This document shows positions 60,476 to 64,000 of a DNA stretch of 64,000 bases, piece after piece. The translations under genes and the position numbers were made by a program. A model generated the notes under the pieces. It saw only the letters and a list, made by a program, of their open reading frames with translations. It was not told the DNA's origin and did no database searches. The stretch comes from an uncultured Gemmatimonadaceae bacterium (GTDB lineage Bacteria > Gemmatimonadota > Gemmatimonadetes > Gemmatimonadales > Gemmatimonadaceae): assembly GCA_963732065.1 (NCBI GenBank), contig CAVSYH010000023.1, forward strand, positions 1,851 through 65,850, in the 5' to 3' direction. Each line of letters starts with the position of its first letter. The first letter of the stretch is position 1.

Positions 60476-62158
60476 CCGCCACCCGCTCGTGCTGCGGCAC
60501 CGGGGGCGGCCGCGGCGCGGCGCGGCGATGGCCGTGGTGCTCCGCTGGTCCAGGATCCCGAGGAACAGCTTGAACAGCGCGGGATCGAACGCCTTCCCCA
60601 CGTCCGCCTGCATGATCTCCCTCGCGCGCTCGCGCGAGAACGCCGTGCGATACGGCCGGTCGGTCACGAGCGCGTCCCACACGTCCGGCAATGCAGAGGA
60701 TGCGCGCCGAGAGCGGGATCGCATCGCCGGCGAGCGGTCGGGATAGCCGCGTGCCGTCCCAGCGCTCGTGGTGGTGCCGGATCATCGGCTTCACGTCCCA
60801 CGGGAACTCGATCCCCGCGAGCATCTTCTCCCCCGCCGCCGGGATGGCGCTCCATCAGCGCGCGCTCTTCGGCGGTCGAGCGCGCCCGGCTTGTTCAGGA
60901 TGCTCGACGGCACGATCAGCTTGCCCACGTCGTGCAGCAGCGCGCCGGCGCGGAACCAGAACAGCGATTCGTGGTCGAGCCCGCCATGCGCGCGAGCGAG
61001 CAGGCGTAATCGGCCACGCGGTCGCAGTGGCCGCTGGTGTAGTTGTCCTTCGATTCGATCGATGCGCCCCACTCGGCGACGATCTCGAGGAACTTCGCTT
61101 CGAGCTCGCCCAGCCGGCGCCGCGTCTCCACCACGTCGCGCCGCGCGCGCAGCTGCGAGAAGAGGCGGTGCGCCGTGTTCAGCTCGCGCAGCGTGTCGCG
61201 ATTGCGGTCCTGCCGGCGGTAGAGCTCCGCGCGCTCCTTCGCGGTGTGCGCCGCGAGCACCAGCTCGTGGCGCTGCTCCGCGATCTGCCACGCGTGGCCG
61301 AGGAACTCCTCGGCGCCCGCGAAATCGCCGCGTCTCCCGCGCGATCACGCCGTAGTGCTTGTACGCGTCGCCCAGCGCGCGCTCGTCGCCCGTCTGCTCG
61401 GCGAGCAGGAGCGCCGTGTCGCACCATTCGCGCGCCTGTCACGTAGTCGCGCCGCGCGATGCAGAGTTCGGCCCGGTTCACCGCCACCGCGATCTGCGTG
61501 CCGGCGTCGCCGGTGCGCAGCGCGGTGTCGTACGCCTCGCAGGTACATCTCCTCCGCCGAGCGCCAGCGGCGCATCTGCGAATAGAGCATGCCGATGTTG
61601 TTGAGCAGCCCGCAGAGTGGGGCGTCGAGCCCGAGGCGCCGGTAGCCCGCGAGCGCCGCGCGATAGTGCGTGAGCGCCTTCGGCTGGTCGCCGCGGATGC
61701 CCGCGATCGTGCCGAGGTTCTGCTCGATCATCGCGACGAGCTGCGTCTCGCCGGCGAGCGTCGCGTACTTCACCGCGCGGCCGTAGAGGCGCGCCGCCTC
61801 GTCGAGGTCGCCGCGCTGCTGATGCGCGATCGCCATGAGGTTGACCACGCTCGCGACGCCGGGGCGGTCGCTGTTCGCCATCGCCACCGCGAGCGCCGCG
61901 GCGTAGCAGTCGAAGGCCGCTTCGGTGTCCGCGTCGTCGGCGTAGGTGCGCCCCGTCCAGCGCAGGAGCGCGGAGGCGGTGGAGGCGATGCTCGCGCTGG
62001 TCGAGCTCGTAGAGCGCGAGCTCGTACATCGCACGCGCCGCGGCGCGCTGGCCCGCGCGCTCGAGCCGGAGCGCCTCCGAGATGCGCGCCGCGAGCTCCG
62101 GCGCGAGCCCTTTCAGCTCGCGCGGCGTCATTCCTTGCGGCTCCGTGCTGCCGCTCAT
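60443..62158 (-). CDS. TPR-repeat + HD-GYP-domain protein (putative c-di-GMP phosphodiesterase; heavily frame-broken)
   Basis: N-terminal [17 protein letters not shown], then TPR-like repeats (ORFs 61345..62034 and 61478..62251). HD-GYP pieces: SGHCDRVADYA, ALLHDVGKLIVP, HHHERWDG and ADVWDALVTDRPYR. Confidence 0.65.
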
Positions 62159-63239
62159 GACGCCGTACTCGCGCAGCTTGCGCGCGAGCGTGGGACGCGA
62201 GAATGCCGAGGATGCGCGCGGCGGCGCTGCGGTTCCCGTTCGTGATCTCAAGCGTCGCCAGCACCGCCTCGCGCTCCACCATCGCGAGCGCTTTCCCCTC
62301 CGGCGGGATCACGATCTCGTGGTGCGACGCTCGCCGCGTGCGTCGCGGGCATCGACATGCGCTGCTGGATCATCATGTGCTCGGCGCCGATCGACTGTCC
62401 CTCGGACAGGATCGCCGCGTGCTCGATCACGTTCTTCAGCTCGCGGATGTTGCCGGGCCACGTGTGGCCGCGCAGCGCGGCCGCGGCGGCGGGCTCCAGC
62501 GTTTCGGCTCGAGGTCCTGCTGGCGCGCGATCTCCGCCAGGAAGTGCTGCGCGAGCAGCTCGACGTCGCCCGGCGCGCGTGCGCAGCGGCGGCAGCACGA
62601 TCCGGAAGACGTTCAGCCGGTAGTAGAGATCCTCGCGGAACTCGAGCCGCGCCACCGCGTCGTGCAGCGACGGTTGGCCGCCGCGATGATCCGGCAGCTG
62701 ATCTCGATCTCCTGCAGGCCGCCCAGGCGGCGCACGACGCGCGCTCCTCGAGCACGCGCAGCAGCTTGGGCTGCAGCGCGGCGGCAGCTCGCCGATCTCG
62801 TCCAGGAACAGCGTGCCGCCGTCCGCCGAGCTCGAGCAGGCCCGCGCTTCTGCGCGCGCGCGCCGGTGAACGCGCCGCGCTCGTGGCCGAACAGCTCGCT
62901 CTCGAGCAGCGTCTCGGGGATCGCGGCGCAGTTCACCGCGACGAACGGCTCGCCGCGCGACGCGCCTTCGTAGTGGATGCCGCGCGCGAACAGCTCCTTG
63001 CCGGTGCCCGTCTCGCCCACGACCAGCACCGTCGTCAGGCGGCTCGACGCCACCTTGCGCGCGCGATCCAGCGCGTCCCGGATCGCGTCGCTCTCACCGA
63101 CGATACTCTCGAGACCGAATTGCAACGCTCCCCCGGGTCGTGATTCTAAGCAAGGGACTTCAGCGGGCGCTCCAAAGTAACCGGGGCCATTCGGCTCCGG
63201 CACCTCCGGCGCAGTGAGCCGCGGACCGACCGGCCGCAT
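62156..63239 (-). CDS. Sigma-54-dependent transcriptional activator with an AAA+ domain and Fis-type HTH but no receiver domain (frame-broken)
   Basis: [66 protein letters not shown] and the [28 protein letters not shown]. Confidence 0.75.
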
Positions 63240-63260
63240 CGGCGCACTCGACGCATTCGC

Positions 63261-64000
63261 TCATGCCGCGAGCGCCGAAAGGCGCCGTTCGACGTCCCCC
63301 ACCTGCCGCGCCGCGCCGAGCGCGCGGAATCGCGTGAGCGCCTGCTCCCACGCGAGACGCGCCGCCGCCGGCTCGCCGCGGCGCAGCCAGAGTTCGCCGG
63401 CGTCGCGCTCGACTTCGGCCGCAGCAGCGCGTCCTCGCTCTCGCGCGCCATCGCGCGCGCCTCGTCCAGCGAACGCGTCGCGCTCTCGAGCTCGCCGCGC
63501 TCGCGGCCCACCAGCGCCAGCAGCCGCAGCGATTCCGCGTGATGCGCCCGGTCGCCGCGATGCTCGGCCATCGCGACGCCATGCCGGCAGACGCGTCTCC
63601 GCGTCGGCCACCAGGCCGCGCGCGAGCAGCACTCCACGCGACTCAATTCCACCGCCTCGGTGAGCGGCAGGTCGCCCAGCCGTTTCGCGAGCGCGAGCGC
63701 TTCCTGGGACGCGCGCTCCGCCTCGTCGAGGTCGCCGGCCAGCATGTGCAGCCGCCCCACGTTGCAGAACACCCAGCACGCGCCCTCCTCATCGCCCGCG
63801 TCGCGGAAGCCGCGCAGGCTCAGGCGGAAACGCGCCAGGGCATCCTTGTCCTCGCCCTGCACCATGGCGAGCGCGCCGAGATTCTGCTCGATCATCCCGA
63901 ACAGCCGGCGCTCACCCGCGTGCACGGCGTTCAACGCCGCCTCGGCGTAGAGGCGCCGCGCCTGCTTCACGTCGCCGCGGCGCTGCGCCACGATCGCGAG
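63261..64000 (-). CDS. TPR-repeat protein (N-terminus beyond the window; frame-broken)
   Basis: Repeated A..Y...A......G......L.NLG-type helices in ORFs 63146..63991 and 63261..63779. Ends ...ALTRFRALGAARQVGDVERRLSALAA. Confidence 0.5.

Overview
Visibly GC-rich bacterial chromosomal segment: third codon positions are almost all G/C, and long shadow ORFs run antisense to real genes. It looks diderm, with an outer-membrane beta-barrel porin and lipobox lipoproteins. My guess is Gemmatimonadota or Acidobacteriota, but that is inference only and needs a search. I recognised no rRNA, CRISPR array, transposase, integrase or phage genes, so I did not find an obvious new multi-gene system.

Gene content:
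- Housekeeping: clpX-clpP-tig, htrA, dnaK, lon, ffh, rpsP-rimM-trmD-rplS-rnhB, and two tRNAs (Leu-TAG, Lys-TTT).
- A large phosphate-homeostasis neighbourhood at about 9.4-28.6 kb: DUF47-PiT, cls, beta-carbonic anhydrase, ppk1, then ppx<-phoU<-pstB<-pstB<-pstA<-pstC<-porin<-pstS, a small ORF, and phoR<-phoB<-udk.
- Nucleoside salvage and thiamine genes: add, punA, thiD.
- Envelope and secreted proteins: M48, M16, prepilin peptidase, a beta-lactamase-fold hydrolase, a 7x Fn3-repeat lipoprotein and a DUF3761-repeat protein.
- A long Ser/Thr kinase, and a c-di-GMP / sigma-54 / TPR module at the 3' end.

Three things stand out:
1. Most long genes are broken by single-base frame switches, including essential ones such as dnaK, lon and clpX. 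The switches cluster into noisy blocks separated by clean blocks of up to about 3.9 kb. This looks like assembly indel error, not biology. All interrupted genes are given as one CDS spanning their fragments.
2. Several families of long intergenic palindromes have arms made of tandem 6-15 nt units. They include a roughly 220-bp MITE-like element with two copies, one of them inside the trmD-rplS spacer.
3. A secreted protein whose motifs match the two copper sites of the PHM/DBH copper monooxygenases and which carries a Met-rich tail. This is the most unusual single gene.
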